Assembly (NCBI RefSeq): GCF_006345805.1
Contig: NW_021833654.1
Coordinates: forward strand, 1 to 58,121
Length of the DNA stretch: 58,121 nt
Source: Octopus sinensis
Lineage: Eukaryota
Direction: 5' to 3'
A program made the translations under genes and the position numbers. Below, piece after piece: positions 1 through 10,804 of the stretch; position 1 is the first letter of the stretch, and each line of letters begins with the position of its first letter. The notes under the pieces are model-generated. The model saw only the letters and a program-made list of their open reading frames with translations, did no database searches and was not told the origin of the DNA.

Positions 1-62
1 ACACACACACACATACATATATGTGAAAGCTTATGTCAGAAGTTCCCAATCACATGGTTCTA

Positions 63-1323
63 CGAGGGGTGTTCAATAAGTAATGCCCCTGACCCACTTG
101 CAATTGTTTGATCTAGCTGAAATTTTGCATGTGCACTTATTTATACCTCTATAGATTAACTGGCGAATTACAGCTCTGAACTAATTGTGGTTTCTGATTT
201 ACAGGTGTTTCAACTGAGTCAAGTGTGAAATGGAGCCTGTTGAGTGTCGAGCAGTGATCCGGTTTTTGTATTTGAAAGGACGCACACCACGGGAGACTTT
301 TCATGAAATGAAAGTAACTTATGGTGATGATGCCCCATCATATGACCTTGTAAAACGCTGGCATTGTGAATTCAAACAAGTCGGAACTCTGTGGAAACAG
401 CTCCCAGATCTGGTCGCCCCCTCTGCCGTTGATGAGACGTCTGTCCGTCAAGTTGAGGCTGCCATTTTGGAAGGTCAACGCATAACTATTCGCCAAATAG
501 CCCATAAGGTCAATATTAGTACCGGGTCTGTGGAAACTATCATTCATGACCATTTGCATGTGCAAAAGGTGTCTGCCAGATGGATTCCCAGGTTGCTCAC
601 ACCTTTCCAGAAGCAAAAACGCGTCGAGTGCTCGAGGATGAATTTGGAGATGTGCCAAGAAGATGAGTCAAAATTTTTCAAAAGACTGATCACACAGGAT
701 AAAACCTGGGTCCATCACTATGATTCATAGACCAAAGCCCAGTCAATGCAGTGAAAGCACCGTGACTCACCTCCTCCAAAGAAGGCAAGGGTGCAGCCCT
801 CCGCTGACAAGGTTATGCTCACAGTCTTCAGGACGGAGTAGTAATGACAGATTTCCTGGCAAAGGGTACCACAATTACAGGAGCCTATTATACTTCACTT
901 TTGAGGAAATTAAGAGAAGCTATCAAAATCAAGAGGCGAGGCAAGATCAGCAAAGGCATCCTCCTCCTGCAGGACAACGCTCCGGTCACAACTCGCGTGT
1001 CGCCAGATCAGAAGCACAGGCGTGCAGCTATGATGACTCCTCCCCTTGAACCCTCTGATTTTCACCTCTTCCCAGCCATGAAGTTGATTTTGAAAGGAAG
1101 TGTTTCCCAGATGATGCAGCCTTGATTTCTGAAGTCACGTCGTGGTTGGAGGACCAAGCTGGGGTCTTCTACAAAAACGGTCTCCAGAGCTGTATCAAAC
1201 GATGGGAGAAATGCATAACTCTGGGTAGTTCCTATGTAGGAAAAGACTAATAACTGTGCCAAGTGTCGTTGCTCTACTGCTATGGGAAGTGGATCAGGGG
1301 CATTACTTATTGAACGCCCCTCG
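63..1323 (+). mobile_element. Full-length but defective mariner DNA transposon (irritans-like subfamily)
   Basis: TIRs of about 37 bp (CGAGGGGTGTTCAATAAGTAATGCCCCTGACCCACTT and its reverse complement at 1287-1323, 2 mismatches). TA duplication at 61-62 and 1324-1325. CGAGGGG termini resemble Hsmar2/Bytmar1. Inserted in a SINE (GGTTC-TA-GGTTC). Confidence 0.95.
230..1258 (+). pseudogene. Mariner transposase pseudogene
   Basis: HTH N-terminus (RAVIRFLYLKG), WIPRLL motif, ITQDKTWVHHYD (first catalytic D), LLLQDNAP (second D) and degenerate PSDFHLFP. Premature TAG at 728-730 and several frameshifts; RSGRP reads in an alternative frame at about 410-420. Confidence 0.93.
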
Positions 1324-1325
1324 TA

Positions 1326-1620
1326 GGTTCATTCCCACTGTGTGGCACCTTGCCAAGCAACTTTTACAAATAGCTTTGGGACGACGAAATCCTTATGAAT
1401 GGATTTGGTAGACGGAAACTGAAAGAAGCCTGTCATATATATTTGTGTGTGTGTGTGTGTGTGTTTTTCTTTGTCTTCCATCACCACTGGACAACTGATA
1501 ACTTAGCAGTTTGGCAAAAAAAGACCGATGAAGAAAGCACTGGGGTCGACCTGTTTGACTAAAATTTCTCCTAGGCTGAGCCCCAGCATGGCCTCAGCCC
1601 AAGATTGAAACAAGTTAAAG
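1326..1620 (+). mobile_element. Diverged family-A (CORE-like) tRNA-derived SINE, split by the mariner
   Basis: Continues the SINE head seen at 40-60. Homologous to younger copies (GTGGCACCTTG, GGATTTGGTAGACGGAAACTGAAAGAAGCC, CCAGCATGGCC tail). Confidence 0.8.
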
Positions 1621-1634
1621 ATATATATATATAT

Positions 1635-1865
1635 ACTCTTTTACTCTTTTACTTGTTTCAGTCATTTTACTGTGGCCATGCTGGAGCACCGCCTTTTGAT
1701 CGAGCAAATCGACCCCGGGACTTAATCTTTTGTAAGCCCAGTACTATTTATTTGGTCTCTTTTGCCGAACCCCTAAGTTACGGACAATAAACACACCAGC
1801 ATCGTTTGTCAAGCAATGTTGGGGGACAAACACAGACATAAACACACACAATCATATTAATATAT

Positions 1866-1908
<43 letters not shown>

Positions 1909-2056
1909 TATGATGGGCTTCAGTTTTTGTCTACCAAATCCGCTCACAAGGCTTTGGTCGGCCCGAGGCTATAGTAGAAGACACTTGCCCAAGGTGCCCA
2001 CGCAGTGGGACTGAACCCGGAACCATGTGGTTGGTAACAAGCTACTTACCACACAC
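1635..2056 (-). mobile_element. Family-A SINE (tRNA head, CORE-like GGCACCTTGGGCAAGTG, central TA/CA microsatellite, AAAGAGT tail)
   Basis: Near full-length match to the other copies in the window. Confidence 0.9.
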
Positions 2057-2094
2057 ATATATATATATCTTGGCTTGAAATGGTGACACAAGAC

Positions 2095-2242
2095 CAGCAA
2101 TTTTGAGGGAAAGGATAAATCAATTTTCATCAACCCCAGTACACAACAGGTATTTATTTTATCGACCCTGAAAGAACAAAAGGCAATATCAGTCTCGGTG
2201 GAATTTGAACTCAGAACATAAAGATGAAAACAATGCTTGGCG
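2095..2242 (-). mobile_element. Old family-B (Meta-domain-like) SINE fragment
   Basis: Reverse complement of GTTCTGAGTTCAAATTCC...GCCTTT...CTTTCAGGGTCGATAAA. Confidence 0.65.
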
Positions 2243-2265
2243 ATATATATATGTGTATATATATA

Positions 2266-2337
2266 TCCCATGTGGTCTAGTGGTCAGGATTCCTGGCTTT
2301 CACCCAGGCGGCCCAGCTTCGATTCCCGGCATGGGAA
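2266..2337 (+). tRNA. tRNA-Glu(TTC), probably a weak or pseudogene copy
   Basis: TCCCATG/CATGGGA acceptor stem, CCTGG-CTTTCAC-CCAGG anticodon arm (TTC at 2299-2301), TTCGATT T-loop. Two mismatches in the T-stem (CCAGC vs CCCGG). T4 run at 2345-2348. Confidence 0.8.
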
Positions 2338-2351
2338 CACAATATTTTATA

Positions 2352-2763
2352 GGCGTAGGAGTGGCTGTGTGGTAAGTAGCTTGCTTACCAACCACATGGT
2401 TCCAGGTTCATTCCCACTGTGTGGCACATTGGGCAAGTGTCTTCTGCTATAGCCTCAGCCCAACAAAAGCCTTGTGAGTGAATTTGGTAGACGTAAACTG
2501 AAAGAAGCCCATCATATATATGTATAAATATATAAGTATGTGTGTGTGTATATGTTTGTGTGTCTGTGTTTGTCCCCCCAACATCGCTTGACAACTGATG
2601 CTGGTGTGTTTATGTACCCGTAACTTAGCGGTTCGGCAAAATAGACCGTTAGATTAAGTACTAGGCTTACAAGGAATAAGTCCTGGGGTCGATTTGCTCG
2701 ACTAAAGGCAGTGCTCCAGCATGGTCACAGTCAAATGACTGAAACAAGTAAAAGAGTAAAGAG
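2352..2763 (+). mobile_element. Family-A SINE, full length
   Basis: GGCGTAGGAGTGGCTGTGTGG head through the AAAAGAGT tail. Confidence 0.92.
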
Positions 2764-2779
2764 TATATATATATACTCT

Positions 2780-2948
2780 GGAGGCGCAATGGCCTAGTGG
2801 TTAGGGCAGCGGACTTGCGGTCGGAGGATCGCGGTTTCGATTCCCAGACCGGGCGTTGTGTGTGTTTATTGAGCGAAAAAAACACCTAAAAGCTCCACGA
2901 GGCTCCGGCAGGAGGTGGTGATCCCTGCTGTACTCTTTCACCACTCTA
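2780..2948 (+). mobile_element. Family-D SINE 5' part (tRNA-Arg-like head)
   Basis: A box TGGCCTAGTGG and B box GGTTTCGATTCCC. Homologous to 28722-29099 (-). Confidence 0.8.
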
Positions 2949-3019
2949 AAGGCGGTGCTCCAGCATGGCCGCAGTCAAATGACTGAAACAAGTACAAAAA
3001 AAAAAAATAAAATAAAAAT

Positions 3020-3152
3020 ATCATCATCATCATCGTTTAACGGCCACTCTCCATGCTAGCATGGGTTGGACGATTTGACTGAGGGCTGGTGAACCAGATG
3101 GCTGCAATCTGATCTGGCAGAGTTTCTACAGCTGGATGCCTTTCCTAATGCC
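3020..3152 (-). mobile_element. Family-C (GAT)n-tailed RTE-type 3' end fragment
   Basis: (CAT)n followed by CGTTTAACG...CCATGCTAGCATGGGTTGGACG. Confidence 0.8.
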
Positions 3153-3171
3153 AATATATATATATAGTTAA

Positions 3172-3270
3172 TCCAAACATGAAAACACAAAGAGAAAACT
3201 TAACAATGCGAGGACATGGAACAAGTATAGTGTTATTAGACATTCAGAAAAGGAAAGAAATAAGGAGGAT
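3172..3270. mobile_element. Probable Penelope-like terminal-repeat fragment next to (TA)n
   Basis: Short purine-rich segment between TA microsatellites. Family assignment is from recalled resemblance only, and no hammerhead motif is present in this copy. Confidence 0.35.
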
Positions 3271-3279
3271 ATATATATC

Positions 3280-3605
3280 GTGGCCGTTTGCCAGCTCTGT
3301 CTGGCACCTGTGCGGATGGCACGTAAAAAGCACCCACTACACTCGCGGAGTGGTTGGCGTTAGGAAGGGCATCCAGCCGTAGAAACACTGCCAGATCTGA
3401 CTGGGCCTGATGAAGCCTTCCAGCTTCACAGACCCCAGTTGAACCGTCCAACCCATGCTAGCATGGAGAACGGACGCTAAATGATGATGATGATGATGAT
3501 ATATATATTGGCGTTAGGAAGGGCATCCAGCTGTCAGATCAGAATGGAGCCTGGTGCAGCCATCTGGTTCACCATGGAAAGTGGACATTAAACGATGATG
3601 ATGAT
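3280..3605 (+). mobile_element. Two family-C RTE-type 3' ends in tandem
   Basis: GGCGTTAGGAAGGGCATCCAGC...GGACG(C/A)TAAA(TGA)n tails ending at about 3500 and 3604. Confidence 0.85.
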
Positions 3606-3961
3606 ATATATTTATATATACATACTCTTTGCCAAAGGTGCCACGCAGTGGGGCTGAACCTGGAACCATGTGGTTGGTAAGCAAGCTACTTGCCACACAG
3701 TCGCTCCTGCGCCTAGAGTATATATATGATATTATATACATAATAAAATAGGGTAATAATAAATTATTATTACCAGTGGCCCAGCCCAAAAACGAATTAG
3801 TCATTAGACTATATATTATTCATATAGAAATACAAGAAGAGGCTTCCAAATAGGAAAGCGTTGTGCTAGAAAGAGCAGTAGAAATCTCAAGACCACAAGG
3901 ATAAATTCACGAAAGGAATGAAAATTCAAAACGTTTAGCATCTCTATCCTTTTTTGTAATA

Positions 3962-4474
3962 TCTATATATATAAAACTGTAGTTGTGTGAGTGTCTGTCC
4001 CCTTCGATTTAGATTCCTAACTCCTCCCACATTTTGCGGTGCAGTTTAACCAAATTCGGGTATCTTATAGTCATGATTCATATCGAGCCCGTCTGACTAT
4101 TAGCGCGCGTCAACGATGAGTCTACGATTTTAAAAATAATTTAACATCATTTTTTATTCCATTTTAATGCATAATTTTTCGTGTGTCGATGGCGGCGGAG
4201 TTGGCGTCCATGGTCACACCTGCACCTGCTTGCTTCTCCCCCTTCTTCCCTCCCTCGTGAAGCTGTGGGGAAGGGAGTGTAAGGAAATCAACGTCGTAAA
4301 GCGTTGTCAAGGAGACCAGCGTTCTTTTAGAACAACGACTTCATGGCTTGAAGACACCAAAACAGAAATGGCTAAGAAAGCCCGAATTGGCATCTATAAG
4401 GGAATTAACTCTCTAAAAATGCTTATATAGTTATTTCCCTTACAAACCCGAGCAACGCCGGGCGATACTGCTAG
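3962..4474 (+). mobile_element. Non-autonomous Helitron (copy H1) with GC-rich internal segment
   Basis: A|TC 5' end, subterminal hairpin CCCGAGCAACGCCGGG, CTAG|T 3' end, no TSD. Confidence 0.88.
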
Positions 4475-4506
4475 TATATATATATTAAATTTCGTTTTAC
4501 GTAAAT

Positions 4507-4928
4507 ACTCTTTTACTCTTTTACTTGTTTCGGTCATTTGACTGTGGCCATGCTGGAGCACCGCCTTTAGTCGAGCAAATCAACCCCAGGACTTATTCTT
4601 TGTAAGCCCAGTACTTATTCTATTGGTCTCTTTTGCTGAACCGCTAAGTTACGGAGACGTAAACACACCAGCATCGGTTGTCAAGCAATGCTAGGGGGAC
4701 AAACACAGACTCGCAACAACATACACACCACATAATATATATATAAATATATATATATATATACATATATACGACAGGCTTCTCTTCAGTTCCATCTACC
4801 AAATCCACTCACAAGGCATTGGTCGGACCGGGGCTATAGCAGAAGACACTTGCCCAAGATGCCACGCAGTGGGACTGAACCGGACCATGTGGTTGGTTAG
4901 CCAAGCTACTTACCACACAGCCACTCCT
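4507..4928 (-). mobile_element. Family-A SINE, full length
   Basis: Complete reverse-complement match to 2352-2763. Confidence 0.92.
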
Positions 4929-5204
4929 ATTTTTTTTAATAACTTTTGTTAATGTAATGAATTTTTTTTTTCCGTTTTGTCATTTGATAGCCGTTACTTT
5001 TCGCTGCCTTTAGAAACAAATTGGGTGTGATTTTGTTTATGGCTGTTAGTTCAGTGTCAATTTTAACATGGAGTGCGAAAACGAACATTTTTCGTCATAT
5101 ATTTTGCCTTTTTATTTCCGTTAAGACATTTTAATTGGTTTTCAATTGTTGTCTGTGATACATTTAACCCCTCTACAATCTCTTGCAGACAGAATTAGAT
5201 TCAA

Positions 5205-5417
5205 TATGTTTGTGTGTCTGTGCTTTTCCCCCCAACATCGCTTGACAACTGATGCTGGTGTGTTTATGTACCCGTAACTTAGCGGTTCGGCAAAAGAGAC
5301 CAATAGAATAAGTACTAGGCTTACAAAGAATAAGTCCTGGGGTCGATTTGTTCGACTAAAGGCAGTGCTCCAGCATGGCCACAGTCAAATGACTGAAACA
5401 AGTAAAAGAGTAAAGAG
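5205..5417 (+). mobile_element. Family-A SINE 3' half
   Basis: Body and AAAAGAGT tail. Confidence 0.85.
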
Positions 5418-5437
5418 TGTATATATATATATATATA

Positions 5438-5839
5438 CTAGCAGTATCGCCTGGCGTTGCTCGGGTTTGTAAGGGAAATAACTATATAAGCATTTTTAGA
5501 GAGTTATAGCCAAAAAATAGCAAAAAATGCATTAAAAAAGGAAAAAAAATGATGGTAATTTCTTTTTAAAATCGTTGACTCATCGTAGACATTTTTAGAG
5601 AGTTACTTCCCTTATATACTAGCAAAAAAAATGCATTAAAATGGAAAAAAATGATGGTAAATTATTTTTTAAATCGTAGACTCATCGTAGACGCGCGCTA
5701 ATACCCAGAAGGGCTCGATATGAATCACGACTATAAGATACCCGGTTTTGGTTAAACTGCACTGCAAAATGTGGGAGTAGTTAGGAATTTAAATCGAAGG
5801 GGACAGACACTCACACAACTACAGTTTTATATATATAGA
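5438..5839 (-). mobile_element. Non-autonomous Helitron (H2)
   Basis: A|CTAG start with CCTGGCGTTGCTCGGG hairpin and GA|T end (reverse of TC...CTAG). Confidence 0.88.
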
Positions 5840-6193
5840 TATAAGAAAGCTGCTGCGGCTCACAAAGAAATATGTGAAGTTTATTGTTTGCTTAACAGAC
5901 GCACGTGTCAAGAATTATTTTTAAATTCCGTTCTGGAGGTTTTTCACTCAAAGATGACCAGCGTTTTGGTCGAATCATGACCATAATTAAATCTGATTAA
6001 AGGATAATTGAATCTAATTCTGTCTGCGGGAGATTGTAGAGGGGTTAAATGTATCACAGACAACTATTGAAAACCAATTAGAATGTCTTGGGTTCGTTCA
6101 GAAGCTCGATATTTGAGCTCCGCAGAATCAAAGACAAAGAAATAAATTAAAACGAAGACTTCACCCTTCGTACACAACAAAAAAAAAATTATC

Positions 6194-6618
6194 GGCAATC
6201 TTTCGTCTCTAGTAGACCTTTCCGTCGATTTCCGTAAAAAAAATTTTTTTTTTACATATGGGCTTGCGGGAACTTTTGAAGTAATGAACGCGAAAGAGAC
6301 TAAGAGAAAGCGATTGTATGACGAGGGAAGTTCTTTTGAAGTTACCGTGCATGTGAAGCATTGATGTACATGTGTGTGTGTGTGTGTTTGATGGGGTGTG
6401 GGAGACAGACAGTATGTTGTGTAAGTGAAGTGCTTCTGTTAGTGTGTGTGAAGAGACAGAGTAATGTGTGAAAGAAAGAGATAACTGAAATTTTTTACTC
6501 GGTGTATATGTATATGTATGTATATTACTTCAAAAGTTCCCGCAAGCCCATATGTAAAAAAAAAAAAAAAATTTTTACGGAAATCGACGGAAAGGTCTAC
6601 TAGAGACGAAAGATCCCC
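6194..6618. mobile_element. Long-TIR MITE, Merlin-like (GG termini, 8-bp TSD), copy M1
   Basis: TIRs of about 90 bp (GGCAATCTTTCGTCTCTAGTAGACC...). AAATTATC on both flanks with homopolymer slippage. Confidence 0.85.
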
Positions 6619-6959
6619 CCCCCCCCAAAAAAAAAAATTATCAAATACGTAAAAGAAATATCGGTTGACGGGATCCAGTGGGAATCGAACTTGGATTCAA
6701 AGAGGTTGTCATATCTATTTTGTTTTTTTGTTTGTTTGTTGGTCGCCCGGACGGAAGGAGGCGCAGAGACGGAAGCTAGGATCTAAAGATGAGGAAGTGA
6801 CGACGACCCCGGAGGGTGACTTACTTAATTAAAGGTCCTGGAAGGAAGCAATTAAAACAAACTTTCTGTACGTATATATATTTCTATACAACTATATATA
6901 TTAATTATCATTATTTTTGTCTCAATATCTTTGTATAAATACCTATATTTATGTTATTA

Positions 6960-7109
6960 TAACTATATATATATATATATATATATTACATTTCACATGT
7001 GCGTGGAATATATAAATATATGGCAAACATATATATAAATATATATATATATATATAAATACACGGACTCTTATAAAGAATCTTGCAACCAAATCCAAAA
7101 CGAAATATA

Positions 7110-7162
<53 letters not shown>

Positions 7163-7165
7163 TAC
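6960..7165. repeat. (TA)n microsatellite blocks
   Basis: Direct reading. Confidence 0.9.
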
Positions 7166-7344
7166 AGATAATAATTTTTAAAAATTTTGACTTTAATTTA
7201 AATATTTTAATTGGATTTTATATTTAATATTTTTTTAATTAATTTTATTTCTATTTATTGGTTTATGATTTTCACTGTTTGATTTGCCTAATAGTGGTTT
7301 TATCTCTAATCTAATCTATATATATATATATATATATATATAAC

Positions 7345-7525
7345 ATATATACTACTTATTTAAAGTATATATGTATATATATATATACATATATACTTTA
7401 AATAAAGTATATATGTATATATATATATACTTTAAATAAAGTATATATGTATATATATATATATATACATATATACTTTAAATAAAGTATATATGTATAT
7501 ATATATATACTTTAATAAAGTATAG

Positions 7526-7556
<31 letters not shown>

Positions 7557-8075
7557 CTTTAAGTAAGTATATATGTATATATATATATTATATATTATAT
7601 ATACTTTAAGTAAAGTAATATGTATATATATATATAATATATATAACTTTAAGTAAAGTATATATGTATATATATATATATATATATACTTTAAGTAAAG
7701 TATATATGTATATATTATATATATACCTATACTTGAAGTAAAGTATATATGTATATATATATATTATATATATACTTAAGTAAAGTATATATGTATATAT
7801 ATATATATCTATATACTTTAAGTAAAGTATATATGTATATATATATAATATACATATATACTTTATTTAAAGTATATATATATACTTTATTTGAAGTATA
7901 TATATATAATATATATATCCTTTATTTGAAGTATATATCTATATATATATCTTTTTTAAAGTATATATATATATATACTTTATTTAACTAGTATTATATT
8001 ATATACGATAATTTATTTAAAGTATATATATTATATATATATTTAAAGTATATATATATACTTTATTTAAAGCAG
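7345..8075. repeat. AT-rich tandem array of quasi-palindromic units (TATACTTT-AAAT/AAGT/ATTT-AAAGTATA)
   Basis: Many units separated by (TA)n; the loop sequence flips to its reverse complement after about 7855. Confidence 0.85.
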
Positions 8076-8374
8076 CAGAAAATTCAGCAAAATATATATA
8101 TAATTGAATAAGGGTAGAAATTGATAATAATCAATTTAAAACCAGTGGCGTCGCATATATCTGTATATATATACACCGGTGTTTGTGTATGTATATTAAT
8201 GCATACATATGTATATTTCAATCACACGTGAGTGGAATATATATTCCATTGTGTGTATACTATGTGCGTGTGCCTTGCACACGCAATATATACACAGCTA
8301 TAATAATATTAATGCGGTAATCGCTAATTATATAATATTATTACAGAAGCACCTATATATATATATATTAAGTA

Positions 8375-8407
<33 letters not shown>

Positions 8408-8673
8408 CCTGTAGTATGTAAATATATTACTGATTGTCCCTTACTGTAGATATATAAATCCTCTCTTACTTAATATCGAGGTCTCATTCTTTTGTTATCG
8501 TTTATATTATTATAAATATATATATATGTCAATAATAAAAGGGAAAAACTAATTAATTATTAATTAATTTTACCAGTAGTGTAATAGCTAAGATTGTTTG
8601 TGCTATTTCTAAAACGTTCGGTGTGTGGTAAAGTAAATTATTTTACTGAACCCTTTTTTTATAAAGTAATATA

Positions 8674-8719
<46 letters not shown>

Positions 8720-8722
<3 letters not shown>

Positions 8723-8976
8723 GGTGAAATAATTAATTTGGAATATCATTAATTTCACCAAGTAGATTTCGGCATGTACCAGCCCCATTCAAGGAAGGTT
8801 TAAGTAATCTAAGTAATTAAGGTTTAGCAACGATTTGCCTCACCACACACCGAATTTAGAAATAGCAGTCAAAAGAGTTTTGGCTATTCTTTCTACTAAA
8901 AGGGAGATCCTAGTAAACGCTTTGACTATTTCTAAATTCGGTGTGTGGTGAGGCAAATCGTTGCTAAACCCTTAAT
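8720..8976. mobile_element. Fold-back repeat element (copy F1) with a stem of about 57 bp
   Basis: Arms at 8817-8873 and 8920-8975. Homologous to 38070-38343. Confidence 0.8.
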
Positions 8977-8996
8977 ACTTTATATATATATATATG

Positions 8997-9029
<33 letters not shown>

Positions 9030-9229
9030 GTATATATTACACATACATGCACGCACATGCGGTATATATATCTTTAACGATCGCATTATGCTAGAGAAAT
9101 TAGAAATTATATATATTTTTTTAAAACCCACCGTTATATTCATTATTTGTTTTGTATATATATATATGTCTGTATACACTTAGATGTAATATTAATAAAT
9201 AATATGAGAGAATATGTATTAACATACGC

Positions 9230-9230
9230 A

Positions 9231-9274
<44 letters not shown>

Positions 9275-9775
9275 TAGTAGAGATAGATAGATAGATATAT
9301 AAATAAATATATATAATATATATATTAATATATATATATATAATATATATATAGATAGAGATATATAAATAAATAATATATATATTATAATATATTATAA
9401 TATAGATAGATAGATATATAAATAAATAATATAATATATATTATATATATATATATAGACAAATAGATATATAAATAAATATATAATAAATTATTTTATA
9501 TATTAATCTGTCTGGATATATAGTATATCCAATCTTCTTCTATCATCTGTATATCTATCTATAGATTATATATACTATTCTATTTATATATCTATCTGTC
9601 TGTCTATATAGCTATCCATCCATCTATCTATCTCTGTATATCTATCTATATATCTATTTATATATCTATCTATTTATTTATCTATCTGTCTATCTATATA
9701 TCTGTCTATCTATATATCTATCTATCTATTTATCTATCTATCTATATATCTATCTATCTATATATCTATTTATTT
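9230..9775. repeat. (TA)n/(TAGA)n/(TCTA)n microsatellite complex
   Basis: Direct reading. Confidence 0.9.
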
Positions 9776-9947
9776 GTTAGGTCAAGTTATTATTAAACCG
9801 ACTTTACATTAAACTGTTACGTTACTCAATACTTTTTTTAGTAGAATACATATTTATTGTCCTTTAACAATGATAGTATCGCCTGCGACTCCGAAATTTC
9901 GATCTACTTAGTCATCATAGAACTATATATATATATATATATATATA

Positions 9948-10312
9948 GGCGCAGGAGTGGCTGTATGGTTCCGGGTTCAGTCCCACTGCGTGGCACCCTG
10001 GGCAAGTGTCTTCTTCTATAGCCTCGGGCCGACCAAAGCCTTGTGAGTGGATTTGGTAGACGGAAACTGAAAGAAGCCTGTCGTATATATGTATATATAT
10101 GTGTGTTTGTGTGTCAGTGTTTGTCCCTTAGCATTGCTTGACAACCGATGTTGGTGTGTTTATGTCCCCGTTACTTAGCGGTTCGGCGAAAGAGACCGAT
10201 AGAATAAGTACTGGGCTTACAAAAAAAGAATAAGTCCCGGGGTCGAGTTGTCGATTAAAAGGCGGTGCTCCAGCATGGCCGCAGTCAAATGACTGAAACA
10301 AGTAAAAGAGAG
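9948..10312 (+). mobile_element. Family-A SINE with a small deletion in the head
   Basis: Head to tail match. Confidence 0.9.
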
Positions 10313-10336
10313 TATATATATATACATACACACTTA

Positions 10337-10562
10337 CTGGGTGTTCAAAAAGTCTCTCTGCAGCAAGTATTTTGTTGCAAGGTAAATATTTATAAGATAG
10401 TATAAGACTACAAAAGAATATATTAGACTTTACAGGACTATAAAAAACGGCAAACTTTATAAGTGTCGAAAAGTATCGTCCTTTATTTCCAATATAGAAG
10501 TTGACTCCTCTTCTACACATGGTTTGAAATACATCTTGGAGTCAGGATGAAAGAACACCCTG
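10337..10562. mobile_element. Tc1/mariner-type MITE
   Basis: TA-C(T/A)GGGTGTTC...GAACACCCTG-TA. Confidence 0.7.
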
Positions 10563-10575
10563 TATATACATATAT

Positions 10576-10800
10576 ACTCTTTTTTACTCTTTTACTTGTT
10601 TCAGTCATTTGACTGCGGCCATGCTGGAGCACCGCCTTTTGATCGAGCAAATCGACCCCGGGACTTATTCTTTTGCAAGCCCAGTACTTATTCTATCGGT
10701 CTCTTTTGCTGAACCGCTAAGTGACGGGGACATAAACACACCAGCATCGGTTGTCAAGCAATGCTAGGGGGACAAACACAGACACTCAAACACACGCATA
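10576..10800 (-). mobile_element. Family-A SINE 3' half; its 5' half lies at 13353-13518
   Basis: Split at the central microsatellite by the RTE insertion. Confidence 0.85.
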
Positions 10801-10804
10801 TATA

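Larger units (their letters stand above)
5040..6170 (+). pseudogene. Decayed mariner transposase 5' remnant interrupted by later insertions
   Basis: MECENEHF..ILLFYFR-like at 5068-5120 continues as KAAAAHKEICEVY at about 5845 and as IVEGLNVSQTTIENQLECLGFVQKLDI at about 6035-6120. Confidence 0.7.

Noticed and set aside
2780-2855. tRNA genes at SINE heads (also 19885-19960, 29025-29099 and all family-A heads)
   Set aside because: A/B boxes are present, but there is no complete cloverleaf and each continues into a repeat body.
6665-6700. Minus-strand tRNA (GTTCGATTCCC B box)
   Set aside because: No matching A box, D arm or acceptor stem was found.
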